A stretch of 64,000 nucleotides of DNA. Source: Smithellaceae bacterium. Lineage in GTDB: Bacteria > Desulfobacterota > Syntrophia > Syntrophales > Smithellaceae. Below the pieces are notes generated by a model. The model ran no database searches. It was not told the DNA's origin and worked only from the letters and a program-made list of their open reading frames with translations. Below, piece by piece: positions 11,587 through 20,888 of the stretch. Each line of letters begins with the position of its first letter. Positions within the stretch are counted from its first letter, which is position 1. The translations under genes and the position numbers were made by a program. Location of the stretch: assembly GCA_963667845.2 (NCBI GenBank), contig CAXXVL010000002.1, forward strand, positions 3,168,001-3,232,000. The letters run 5' to 3'.

Positions 11587-13002
11587 TCAATTATTTTCTT
11601 CTGCGGACTCAATCACTTCCGATAAACGCCGAATTTCGAGAATCAAAACATTTCTTGTCTCAGCCGCTACTTTAACTCTTTCACTCATGTGCATGTTTTC
11701 AATCCAGATAATGGATTCCTGATCAGTGATCAAAGCAATACTGTTCCGGTCGGTTCTCGGTATCTTCCGATCAATGAATAACTTCTTTATTTTTTGCGAT
11801 CCTCTTGTCCCCAATGGTTCAAACCAGTCCCCATTTTGGCGATTCCTGAGGATTAGAGGTTCTTTTATTTTGCCTTCATCAAAATAAATGAAATTTTCGC
11901 AGCTAAAATCAATCTCGGCAGGCGTTCCCCGTCTTAACGATAAGATAAGGTGTCTTTCCTTTAAATCAATGACTCCCGGAATAGACATAATGTACTTGTA
12001 ATTTTGTATTTTTGATCCGCTTGTTAGCTTGAGGGTCAGGCGGCCATATTCATGTTCGGCACAAAGCTTGTACGGTAGTGCAACTCTTTTTCCTGATGAA
12101 TCTTCAGTCAGCAGGTTAACGACCGATTGAATATGTGCAAATGAAAAACCTTTGCCCGCCGGTGACAAGCTCTCCAACAGGGCCTTGATAAGTCTGAAAC
12201 GTAAAGCGACATGAATCGATTTAAAATATTCGGCTGAGACGGACGCCTCTCTTCTCTTTCTTTGAATATCAGGTGATACGAGGATAACGTTCACGCATTC
12301 ATTCAGGAAGGCATCGTCTCTGCAAATAATCTCCGCCGACCTCGCCAAATTCTCTTCAATTTTGGGATTGTATCTTTCTTTCAGATAAGGAATCAGTTCT
12401 CTACGGATGCGGTTGCGCAGATAGACTTTACTGTCATTGGAGCTGTCATCGCGGTATCCCGTGCCGCTTACTGCCAGGAATTCCTGAATTTCCTTTCGCG
12501 TTACCTCCATGAGCGGACGAATAAACTTATTGTCCCGCATCGGCACGAAACCTTTAAGCCCATCCAAACCGCTGCCGCGCAACATGTTGAGCAAAACGGT
12601 TTCCGCCTGGTCCTGCAAATGATGCCCAAGCGCAATTCTATTAGCTCCGTGCTCACTGGCAACTTTTTCCAGAAACTTATACCGTTCCCTCCGAAAATAA
12701 TCTTCCGGCGACATACCCGTGGGAACTGTCGATTGCCGCATTCGTTCAGTCTCAAACGGAAGGCCAAGTTTTTCAGCTAAGCACCGGCAAAATTCCTCAT
12801 CCTCGTCTGACTCCGCATCCCTTAGCCCATGATTGAAATGGGCCACCACCAATTTCAGATGGCGGGATTGTGCCAAGCTGATCAGACTCATGAGCAATGC
12901 ACAAGAATCGGCTCCTCCGGATAAAGCAATGACAACGATGTCACCATTATTCAGGAGATGATTTTTATTTATGGTTTGTTCAATTTTCTTGATCAGCATC
13001 AT
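11587..13002 (-). CDS. tilS: tRNA(Ile)-lysidine synthetase
   Basis: SGGADS PP-loop, HHLQDQAET, RNRIR, C-terminal KKLFIDRKIP. Confidence 0.96.
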   Translation of the reverse strand: MMLIKKIEQTINKNHLLNNGDIVVIALSGGADSCALLMSLISLAQSRHLKLVVAHFNHGLRDAESDEDEEFCRCLAEKLGLPFETERMRQSTVPTGMSPEDYFRRERYKFLEKVASEHGANRIALGHHLQDQAETVLLNMLRGSGLDGLKGFVPMRDNKFIRPLMEVTRKEIQEFLAVSGTGYRDDSSNDSKVYLRNRIRRELIPYLKERYNPKIEENLARSAEIICRDDAFLNECVNVILVSPDIQRKRREASVSAEYFKSIHVALRFRLIKALLESLSPAGKGFSFAHIQSVVNLLTEDSSGKRVALPYKLCAEHEYGRLTLKLTSGSKIQNYKYIMSIPGVIDLKERHLILSLRRGTPAEIDFSCENFIYFDEGKIKEPLILRNRQNGDWFEPLGTRGSQKIKKLFIDRKIPRTDRNSIALITDQESIIWIENMHMSERVKVAAETRNVLILEIRRLSEVIESAEENN

Positions 13003-13643
13003 TGAAACAGCGTATTAACTTCCAAAATATTCTCACAATAAAAGTCGGCTTCCATTTGAATCAACGTTTCTTTGTTTCCCAGTCCATTCAAATACGCGCA
13101 CGATAAAATTCCGGCATTTTTGGCCACAGCGATATCATTTACGCCATCGCCGATGATAACGGCTTTTTGCGGCGCGACGTTGTATTTTTCCAGCAGGTAT
13201 TCAACAACACGCTGATCCGGCTTCTGATATGGAGTGGAATCCGCGCCCACAATTTCCATAAAATAGCGATCGATATGCAGACCCCGGGCAATGGCCAGAA
13301 CTAAATGGTGACGCTTGTTGGTCAGAATCACCTTCATTTTATGATTAAAAAATTTCAACACGTCCTCAATGTGCGGATAAAGGACGGTCTGATCCAAAAG
13401 ATGCTTTTCGTAATGACCGCTGAAAATGCTCATCGCCTCTTCCAGTCTGACGCGATGATCTTCTCCGAGGGATCTTTCAATTAATTTCGCAACACCGTCT
13501 CCTACGAAGGTGAGAATTTCTTGCGACGATCTGGTATTGAGGCGCATTGCAGCCAAGGTGTAATTGACGGAAGTCACGAGGTCTGCACCCGTGTCGGCAA
13601 GCGTACCGTCAAAATCGAATATCATCAAATCCACTTTTTTCAT
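12999..13643 (-). CDS. HAD-family hydrolase (phosphoglycolate phosphatase-like)
   Basis: FDFDGTLAD, TNK, KP, IGDGVND HAD motifs. Confidence 0.9.
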   Translation of the reverse strand: MKKVDLMIFDFDGTLADTGADLVTSVNYTLAAMRLNTRSSQEILTFVGDGVAKLIERSLGEDHRVRLEEAMSIFSGHYEKHLLDQTVLYPHIEDVLKFFNHKMKVILTNKRHHLVLAIARGLHIDRYFMEIVGADSTPYQKPDQRVVEYLLEKYNVAPQKAVIIGDGVNDIAVAKNAGILSCAYLNGLGNKETLIQMEADFYCENILEVNTLFQ

Positions 13644-13769
13644 TTTTATCTCCCCATCGTTGTATAACCGAGAGACTATTCAAAAACAAGGTTCTTTATA
13701 GAGCGAAGAGCATGAGAAATATTGTTTGACGGAAGCAACAAGACATGTTAGAAAATATTCAACCGCTTG

Positions 13770-13800
13770 GATCACTTGTAACAGACTGAGACGGGAATCA
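13770..13800 (+). ncRNA. Putative pan RNA motif (5' leader of the pantothenate operon)
   Basis: GATCACTTGTAACAGACTGAGACGGGAATC forms an interrupted hairpin with a GACTGAGAC core, upstream of panG-like/panB. Family assignment is from recall, not a search. Confidence 0.55.
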
Positions 13801-13819
13801 GTAAATACTGTCGAATACG

Positions 13820-13851
13820 GGTCTTCCTCAAGTTGCGGAAGACCTTTTTTT
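13820..13851 (+). terminator. Intrinsic terminator/attenuator in the pan operon leader
   Basis: GGTCTTCC-N9-GGAAGACC followed by 7 T, 17 nt before the ATG at 13869. Confidence 0.8.
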
Positions 13852-13868
13852 ATGCGTTACGGGGCAAG

Positions 13869-14774
13869 ATGAGAAAGAAGAAATTACTTACATTTTCCAT
13901 TATCGGCGCCGGAATGGTCGGAACGGCTATTGGATTTCTTTTGAAAAAAGCCGGTCATGATATCTCGGCTTTTGCCGATCTCTCCGCCGTCCATTTGAAA
14001 CGGGCACAGGCATACACGGGAGCAACGGGTTTTCGGCATCCTGCCCAGGCAGCTGGTCTGGCCGATTGCATTCTGATAACAACACCTGATGACCGCATCG
14101 GGACTGTCTGCGAGGAAATCGTCAGTGCTTCTTCCGTCACAGGCAAAAAAGTTTTTCATATGAGCGGCGCGGGAGGTCTTGACCTTCTTGAATCTGCTCA
14201 CCGGGCCGGTGCATCCGTCGCCAGTATTCATCCTCTGCAAAGTTTTTCTTCTATTGATGGCGCGATCCAAAGTATTCCCGGCAGCTATTTCGGTGTCACA
14301 GCATCACCTGGAGCAAAAAAAATTTCTGCCGACATTGTCCGCGACCTCCAGGGAATCCCAATTCCCATAACACCCGCTCAAAAGCCTCTTTATCACGCTG
14401 CCGCCTGCATCGCATCGAATTATCTGGTTTCATTGATGAGTGTCGTCGAGTCGATTTATTTATCCATCGGCTTTTCGCAGAAAGATGCCCGTAAAGCATA
14501 CCTGCCGCTGGTTTACGGCAGCCTGAAAAACATCGAAAGACAAGGTTGCGCCAGTGCGTTAACGGGACCTATTGCCCGAGGCGACTCGGGAACTATTCAA
14601 AAACATATCAAAGCAATGGCCTGCCATCTCCCCGACTTCTCATGTTTATACGCTGATATGGGAAAAGTCGCGGTGAAGCTTGCACGTGAGAAGGGTACGC
14701 TAAATTCGACCCAGGCCCAAATAATCATGGAACTCTTGAAAGGAGCCAATACCAATAATGAGCACACAAAATAA
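13869..14774 (+). CDS. Rossmann-like/DUF2520 protein, putative PanG-type ketopantoate reductase
   Basis: [38 protein letters not shown]. Overlaps panB. Confidence 0.8.
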   Translation: MRKKKLLTFSIIGAGMVGTAIGFLLKKAGHDISAFADLSAVHLKRAQAYTGATGFRHPAQAAGLADCILITTPDDRIGTVCEEIVSASSVTGKKVFHMSGAGGLDLLESAHRAGASVASIHPLQSFSSIDGAIQSIPGSYFGVTASPGAKKISADIVRDLQGIPIPITPAQKPLYHAAACIASNYLVSLMSVVESIYLSIGFSQKDARKAYLPLVYGSLKNIERQGCASALTGPIARGDSGTIQKHIKAMACHLPDFSCLYADMGKVAVKLAREKGTLNSTQAQIIMELLKGANTNNEHTK

Positions 14775-15576
14775 GATCACTCGAAAGACTATCCTGGACA
14801 TCAAAAAAATGAAAGCCCAGGGCGAAAAAATAACCATGCTGACTGCCTATGATTACGGGATGGCCTGCGTACTGGACGAAAGCGGTATTGACATCCTTCT
14901 TATCGGTGATTCTCTGGGCAATGTGGTGTTGGGTTATGAATCGACCCTCCCAGTCACGATGGACGATATGGTGCGCCATACACAGGCAGTCGCGCGCGGT
15001 GCGATCAAGGCAATGATTGTCGCGGATATGCCATTTTTATCATATCAGACGTCTACGGAGACGGCGCTGGCAAATGCCGGGCGTTTATTGAAAGAAGGTG
15101 GTGCTCAGGCTGTTAAACTGGAAGGCGGCCGAGAACACGCTGAAATCGTCCATAAAATGACCTATGCGGGAATTCCCGTTATGGCACATTTGGGATTAAC
15201 ACCGCAATCAGTCAACCAGTTAGGTGGTTACAAAGTCCAGGGCAAAAAGGAAGATGCTGCGGAAATGATGATGCAGGACGCGAAAATTCTGGAAGAAGCA
15301 GGCGCTTTTTCAGTGGTATTGGAATGTGTACCCGAAAAACTGGCGGCAGACATTACCGCCGCGCTGTCCATTCCGACCATTGGCATCGGCGCCGGTGTTC
15401 ACTGTGACGGACAGGTTCTGGTAGTCAACGACATGCTGGGAATGAACGACAGAATGACGCCGAAGTTTGTTAAGAAATACGCCCAACTGAATGTGGATAT
15501 CAAGAATGCGGTCAAGAACTATATCAAGGATGTGAAGACGAGCGCTTTCCCGGATTCGGAGCACAGTTTCAAATAA
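14758..15576 (+). CDS. panB: 3-methyl-2-oxobutanoate hydroxymethyltransferase
   Basis: [40 protein letters not shown]. Confidence 0.98.
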   Translation: MSTQNKITRKTILDIKKMKAQGEKITMLTAYDYGMACVLDESGIDILLIGDSLGNVVLGYESTLPVTMDDMVRHTQAVARGAIKAMIVADMPFLSYQTSTETALANAGRLLKEGGAQAVKLEGGREHAEIVHKMTYAGIPVMAHLGLTPQSVNQLGGYKVQGKKEDAAEMMMQDAKILEEAGAFSVVLECVPEKLAADITAALSIPTIGIGAGVHCDGQVLVVNDMLGMNDRMTPKFVKKYAQLNVDIKNAVKNYIKDVKTSAFPDSEHSFK

Positions 15577-15578
15577 AG

Positions 15579-16481
15579 CTACTGCTTGTCGGATTGCACA
15601 AACTGTTTCAGCATCTGCGTATACGTACTCAATAGAATATCCGGGTGGACAAAATAATCCGGCCTTAGTTCGAAATGACGGTTGACTAATTGGGTTGCGG
15701 CTTTCTCGACACTATTTTCCCGATGGAGCGTCTGCTGTAATCTATCGATCATTTTATCGGTGGCGCTTTTGCTCTGTGTAATATATTGCGTGGCTTCCGC
15801 TTCGGTAATGTACCCGTAATGATCTGCGCATAACATTTTGATGTCCAGCTCTGCAAGTTTATCCAGACTCTTTTGGTAGGCCTCCAAGCTCGAGCCGGCC
15901 GCGATAACATATTCGTCCCGATAGGGGATAGCCACGGCGTCGGACGGAAATAAGACCTTTAATTGAGGAACGTAAGCCGATATGGAGCATGACGAGTGGC
16001 CCGGCGTTTCATGAATTTCAACTTGTCGGTCACCCAAATCGATACAGCTGTTCTGCCTTAATCGCTCTCCCTGAACATCATTGCGCCACTGCCAGTCCAG
16101 CATCGTCAGGACGTCGGTATTGCCCCGTACTCTGCGGCAGACTTTCAGCGTGTATTCATTCATGACCGAAATCGCTTTAGGATTGGTCAGAACATTCCAG
16201 CCGCGGGAAGACGCATGAATTGTCAGATGAGGCCAGTTCCTCTTTAAATAAGGGACTATGCCGACATGGTCGAAATGAGCATGTAAAATAATAACGTGGT
16301 CGATTTGTCTTTTAGAGATGCCCCAATCGGTAATCTGCCGGAAGATATCCGGCAGGATATAGCTTAATCCGGCGCTGATCAAAACGGAGGATTTGCTTCC
16401 TTCCAGCAGATAAACACAGGATTCTTCCGTCCCTAAATACCAGAGGCCTTTCTCAATCAGACCTGTTTTCTTAATTCTCAT
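15579..16481 (-). CDS. MBL-fold metallo-hydrolase
   Basis: HAHFDHVG, TPGHS, SDA, DHYG motifs. Confidence 0.88.
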   Translation of the reverse strand: MRIKKTGLIEKGLWYLGTEESCVYLLEGSKSSVLISAGLSYILPDIFRQITDWGISKRQIDHVIILHAHFDHVGIVPYLKRNWPHLTIHASSRGWNVLTNPKAISVMNEYTLKVCRRVRGNTDVLTMLDWQWRNDVQGERLRQNSCIDLGDRQVEIHETPGHSSCSISAYVPQLKVLFPSDAVAIPYRDEYVIAAGSSLEAYQKSLDKLAELDIKMLCADHYGYITEAEATQYITQSKSATDKMIDRLQQTLHRENSVEKAATQLVNRHFELRPDYFVHPDILLSTYTQMLKQFVQSDKQ

Positions 16482-17547
16482 AATAGATAATGACCGCGTT
16501 CTTCCTTAATTTCGCAGTCATTTGAGTAAATACTTCCGATTGCTTTTGCTGTTCGAGGTACGTGGATATCTTATCTTTTACCTCATCTATCGCCACTGTT
16601 TTTCCAGGGGTACGGCCCATAACTTGAATGATATGATGACCGAATTCCGTTGTGACAACCGGTCCGATGGCGTTTATTTCCTGTGAAAAAGCAGCATCCT
16701 CAAAGGGCTTGACTGTCTGGCCCTTTTTGATTTCACCCAGATCTCCGCCATTTTCTTTACTGGGGCAATCGGAATTGGTCCTGGCGATTTCGGCAAAATC
16801 TGCGCCTTCCACGAGCTTCTTACGCAGAGAGTCTATTTTGGCTTTCTTTTCAGCTTTCGTCTTTTCATCGTCTTTGGCATCAAGTGTTACCAGGATATGA
16901 CGCACGCGTACGGTTTCCTCTGTCGTGAACTTATCTTTATTATCCGCATAAAATTTGCTGACTTCTTTTGCCGTGGGCTTGGCCTTTTTACCGGCTTCCA
17001 TTTCAACCAGTTTTCTAATTCTGATTCCCAGTGCGATATCTTCTTTGGTAACTCCGTTCTCTTTCAGGAAATCGTCAACCTTTTTATCCGGCGGAATGTT
17101 GGCTTTAATTTGATTGATCGCGGCCTGTATATCCTTATCCGTTGCAATCACTTTCTTATTGTTCGCTTCATTGGTCAGCAGTGTTCGCAAAACAAATTCT
17201 TCCATCAGCTGCTTCTTCAATCCCGCTTGAATGTCCTTCTTCTTGTCAGCCGGAATCTTATCTTTGTAGAGGCTCATCTTTGTCTTGATTCTATTGGCAA
17301 GTTCGGCTTTCTTGAGTGCATTCCCATCAACGCTGACCGCGACGTCCTTTGGTTCCGCCTGCTTCGGCTCTATGATCGCCGGTGTTACGGCTTTGTCCAG
17401 GCCAAGGGGCGATTGAGTTTGCGTTTTTTGTTCGGCCTGTTTCACAGGTTCTTTCGTGCCTTCCTCTTTCTTGCTGCAGCCGAATGCTGCAGTTATCAGG
17501 ATGACCAATAAAACGATCAGGATATTTCTAAGTAAACTTTTATTCAT
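16471..17547 (-). CDS. Parvulin (PpiC)-type peptidyl-prolyl isomerase lipoprotein, SurA/PrsA-like
   Basis: Lipobox AFGC, VRHILV, SDCPSKENGGDLG, PFEDAAF, FGHHII. Confidence 0.92.
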   Translation of the reverse strand: MNKSLLRNILIVLLVILITAAFGCSKKEEGTKEPVKQAEQKTQTQSPLGLDKAVTPAIIEPKQAEPKDVAVSVDGNALKKAELANRIKTKMSLYKDKIPADKKKDIQAGLKKQLMEEFVLRTLLTNEANNKKVIATDKDIQAAINQIKANIPPDKKVDDFLKENGVTKEDIALGIRIRKLVEMEAGKKAKPTAKEVSKFYADNKDKFTTEETVRVRHILVTLDAKDDEKTKAEKKAKIDSLRKKLVEGADFAEIARTNSDCPSKENGGDLGEIKKGQTVKPFEDAAFSQEINAIGPVVTTEFGHHIIQVMGRTPGKTVAIDEVKDKISTYLEQQKQSEVFTQMTAKLRKNAVIIYYEN

Positions 17548-17656
17548 GAATTTCCTCCGAAATTAATTATGAATCGCAAATTCTTTTCTTTGAGCTATAT
17601 GTGATATTTATTTTTCCGTCAAGTGAAGAAGAAAATCCTTCCAAGCCGGCGTACGT

Positions 17657-19012
17657 TCATGTTCGCCTTCTGAGGTAAGATAAAATATTCAATTGGTCTT
17701 CCAAATTCAGCACGTTTCCCTGAGGCAGCTCAGCCGTAAATTCTCCATCCAGCATCTGCAAAATCATTTTCAATGCGGAGGACTGACCAATACACGGATA
17801 GAATTCTTTTGTCAGATAATTAATCAGCTTTAATGCTTCAAAACCGTCAAACCAGCCGTGAAACTGTCTTTCATGTGTCTTCTGATCCTTTGTATTGCGG
17901 CGTATTTTCGGCCAGACAGATAAGAAGCCCCGGCCAATTAAAAAGGCCTCCAGACCGGCATCGATCTCTTTCGCCAGGGCGAGAATACCGCTTTCGGACA
18001 GATCAAAGGAATTTTTCATCAAAGCAAGCCAGTCTTTCAAAATGCGAAACACCTGCGGGTCGTAGAGAGCACTCTCGTGCCTTGCCTTTGCTATCCTTTT
18101 GCCGACTGCCGCCCCCGTGCCAAAAGGAACCCGCACGGAAATGCGTGCGGATGGATAAACTACCGTTTCCTTTATCTGACGAACAGGGCCGGTTTTCGCC
18201 AGTTTGTTTAGAAAATAGAAATCCTCTCCGGCTTCACGGCGATTCATTCCCCGCACAGAAAGGTAGGCATCACTCGTCGTAACCATTGTCGAACCGATCG
18301 AATGAAATGCATAGGGCGATTGGGCATATTGCAGCCCCAATACCCAATAGCGCAAAAAGATCTCATACGAGCAGATGGCTTGCTTGGCATCTTCGTCGCG
18401 AGGCATTTGATGTGCATAGGCAATAACGCCTGTTTGAGCCTGCCCTGAAGAAATGAAACGCCGGACAGCTGATAAGTAGTTGGCTTGAACGCGGGTATCC
18501 GCATCCAGGCTCAGAATAGTCCGTCGTTCGCTTGAGGTATTTTTTAACACGCGCAAAGCTATGTCCATACCGATCTTGCGAGCCATACCCACACCGCCCG
18601 AATGTTGAGGAATTTCCATACCGGGAGACGATGCATCCACGAATGCAAGTCTTAGGCGCCGGTCAGAGATACTTTGCAGTAAATGGTGCAGACCGCCGGA
18701 AAGCCGACAACGGCTGATGGGTTCTCCGTTAATCAACATTTTAAATAGTTGGAGCGTTTGAGCATTGTTTTCTTTATCGACGGCCGGAGAAGCCGCCTTA
18801 TTGTTGATCACTGAGAGGACAAGCGTATTCTCCAGCATCGCGTCATCATTCGCAGCCAGCGATGCCAGGGTATCAAAGATCAGTTCCTTCTCTGCGTATG
18901 CCGGTATGACCACAACCTGGTCGATATTTTCAAGGTTCCCCGCCACCAGTTTCCACTGAGGCCCGGCCGCATATTTATTCAGATAGTCATTCAGCAGGGA
19001 AGCTTTTTTCAT
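17657..19012 (-). CDS. Uncharacterised GT-A fold glycosyltransferase-like protein
   Basis: VVIPAYAE, GVGMARKIG, LDAD, AGEDFYF motifs. Confidence 0.65.
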   Translation of the reverse strand: MKKASLLNDYLNKYAAGPQWKLVAGNLENIDQVVVIPAYAEKELIFDTLASLAANDDAMLENTLVLSVINNKAASPAVDKENNAQTLQLFKMLINGEPISRCRLSGGLHHLLQSISDRRLRLAFVDASSPGMEIPQHSGGVGMARKIGMDIALRVLKNTSSERRTILSLDADTRVQANYLSAVRRFISSGQAQTGVIAYAHQMPRDEDAKQAICSYEIFLRYWVLGLQYAQSPYAFHSIGSTMVTTSDAYLSVRGMNRREAGEDFYFLNKLAKTGPVRQIKETVVYPSARISVRVPFGTGAAVGKRIAKARHESALYDPQVFRILKDWLALMKNSFDLSESGILALAKEIDAGLEAFLIGRGFLSVWPKIRRNTKDQKTHERQFHGWFDGFEALKLINYLTKEFYPCIGQSSALKMILQMLDGEFTAELPQGNVLNLEDQLNILSYLRRRT

Positions 19013-19920
19013 GACAGCATTTCTAAAACGTGACCATGTAAGTTGGAATAATCATCTCCTGGAATCCATTCTATTTTCACACCCTTCTTTTCCATGCGTC
19101 GAAACCATGTCATTTGTCTCTTGGCAAACTGTCCTATAGCAATCTGAAGTTTTGAAATCATCTCATCCCGGGTGATAACGTTTTGCAGATATCGGGAGAT
19201 AAAGCGATATTCCAGACCAAAACTGTCCAATCGTTCCCAGGACAGGCCGGATCCATGCAACCGCGAAACCTCTTCGATCATTCCATTATTTAACCTTTGC
19301 CTGAGCCTTTCTGCAATTCTCACCCTTAACTCGTTCCTCTCCCAATGAAGTCCGAATATTCCGGCATGAATAGAAGGGATTCGTTCTCGCTTGTCCAACG
19401 GATTTTGCTTTGTCCTCTCGATTTCAATTTTTCTGATCATTCGGTCTTTGTCTTCAAGGTCCGTTTTGTTATGAAGATCGGGCTTCATGGACAAGAGAAT
19501 ACGACGAAGCTCCGTTGATGATTTTTCCTCAAGCTCTTTTCTCAGGTGCTGATCGGGTTTCACGGGCGGCAACACATAATCGGTCAATACAGACTCCAGG
19601 TAGAGACCTGTCCCTCCGACCAGGACAGCCAGGATTTGTCTTTCATTCAATTCATTGAAGATAGAATAGAATCTTCTCTGAAATTCAAAAACGCTGAACT
19701 CTTCTTGCGGCTCAATAATATCAATCAAATGATAAGGAAGGCTTTCACCGTTTCTTCGAAACTCGGACAAATCCTTGCCTGTGCCGATATCCATTCCCCG
19801 GTAAACCTGACGCGAATCTGCAGAAATAATTTCCCCGTGAAAATCCGCGGCCAAATTTGCCGCCATGGATGTCTTCCCCGAAGCAGTCGGCCCCAGTATG
19901 ACGATCAGATTCTTTTTCAT
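19009..19920 (-). CDS. miaA: tRNA dimethylallyltransferase
   Basis: GPTASGKT, SADSRQVYRGMDIGTGK, VGGTGLY, AKRQMTWFR. Confidence 0.97.
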   Translation of the reverse strand: MKKNLIVILGPTASGKTSMAANLAADFHGEIISADSRQVYRGMDIGTGKDLSEFRRNGESLPYHLIDIIEPQEEFSVFEFQRRFYSIFNELNERQILAVLVGGTGLYLESVLTDYVLPPVKPDQHLRKELEEKSSTELRRILLSMKPDLHNKTDLEDKDRMIRKIEIERTKQNPLDKRERIPSIHAGIFGLHWERNELRVRIAERLRQRLNNGMIEEVSRLHGSGLSWERLDSFGLEYRFISRYLQNVITRDEMISKLQIAIGQFAKRQMTWFRRMEKKGVKIEWIPGDDYSNLHGHVLEMLS

Positions 19921-19965
19921 AGTGGATGGTATCGAACTATTTCCCGTGAAGTATTCTCATCTCCC

Positions 19966-20169
19966 GGCCTGAAAGCAAATGGACTACCCGTGTTCGGCAT
20001 CCGTTTACAATCGTGTTCGCCGCGTTATGGTACAACTACACGTCCCGGTCACAGTCTGCTTCGGACAATTCTTACGACAATTATCGTGGAAGCCCGATTT
20101 CAGCGTTGACCGTTCTCAACGTGCCGGTCCTTCACTGGGCGTTATTACAGCCAAATCCTACAGCTGACC
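19966..20169 (-). ncRNA. Unassigned highly structured RNA candidate (~200 nt) upstream of miaA
   Basis: Nested long-range pairings enclose several internal hairpins. G-U pairs favour the minus strand. No credible ORF. See findings. Confidence 0.6.
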
Positions 20170-20406
20170 AGATCTTTTTTATTGCTCCTTTTTTTCTATT
20201 CATTGTTGCGAAGGAATTCTTCATACGATACATTTCATGCCAGCTGTTCAATAATTCCATTATTAGGTTGCGGCTCGCCGGACCAAGGACGATATTGCTG
20301 ATTTTTCCAGAGCAGCTGATTTTCGAATGTTTATTTCTACGCTCGAAGAATTTTGAATAAAGATTAGTGACTATCTGATCAGGATCGCACGTCCATCACA
20401 TTCAAA

Positions 20407-20434
20407 AAAAATGCCCCGTAAAACGGGGCATTTT
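20407..20434 (-). terminator. Intrinsic terminator of the cold-shock gene
   Basis: AAAATGCCCCGT-AAA-ACGGGGCATTTT with an 8-U tract on the minus strand. Confidence 0.88.
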
Positions 20435-20458
20435 GTTAAGATTAATTACCTGGAATGA

Positions 20459-20659
20459 TTATAGTGGCTGCACGTTTGCAGCGCTGGGGCCTTTGTTACC
20501 CTGTTCAATATCGAAACGGATTCTCTGACCCTCATAAAGAGTTTTGAAACCTGTTCCGGAAATTGCACTATAATGAACGAAAACATCTCCACCCTCATCA
20601 TTTTCAATGAATCCGAACCCCTTCTTCTCGTTGAACCACTTAACTTTTCCTTCTGCCAA
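20459..20659 (-). CDS. Cold-shock protein (CspA family)
   Basis: [15 protein letters not shown] and [12 protein letters not shown] motifs. Probable TTG start at 20659 after an AAAGGGGGA RBS. Confidence 0.96.
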   Translation of the reverse strand: MAEGKVKWFNEKKGFGFIENDEGGDVFVHYSAISGTGFKTLYEGQRIRFDIEQGNKGPSAANVQPL

Positions 20660-20888
20660 TGCTATAAGTCCCCCTTTCAAAAATTTGTTTCTTCCGGTTC
20701 TCGACCTTCAGAAACTAAAAAACCGCACGAATTCTTTTTTGGATTAAGAATTCTCTGCGGTTAATTTTTCTTTGTGTAAAACAATCTAAGCACTACTAAT
20801 TTTCCTAACAAAAAAACCATCTATCTCTTACGATATGAGCATCTTACCTGCCCATTTGATTCCGACATTAACACCATTTTTATTAAAA

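Noticed and set aside
19966..20169. Assigning the RNA candidate to 6S, tmRNA, lysine riboswitch or raiA
   Set aside because: It lacks the tRNA-like ends of tmRNA, the rod-and-bubble form of 6S and the AGAGG/AGUA lysine riboswitch core. Its resemblance to raiA is limited to a few short words.
20225..20245. sigma54 promoter for the RNA candidate (minus strand TGGCATGAAATGTAT)
   Set aside because: The -24 half fits, but the -12 TTGC element is absent.
19546..20360. Plus-strand ORFs 19546-20109, 19979-20167 and 20013-20360 as genes
   Set aside because: No recognisable motifs or RBS. They overlap miaA antisense or the structured RNA candidate.
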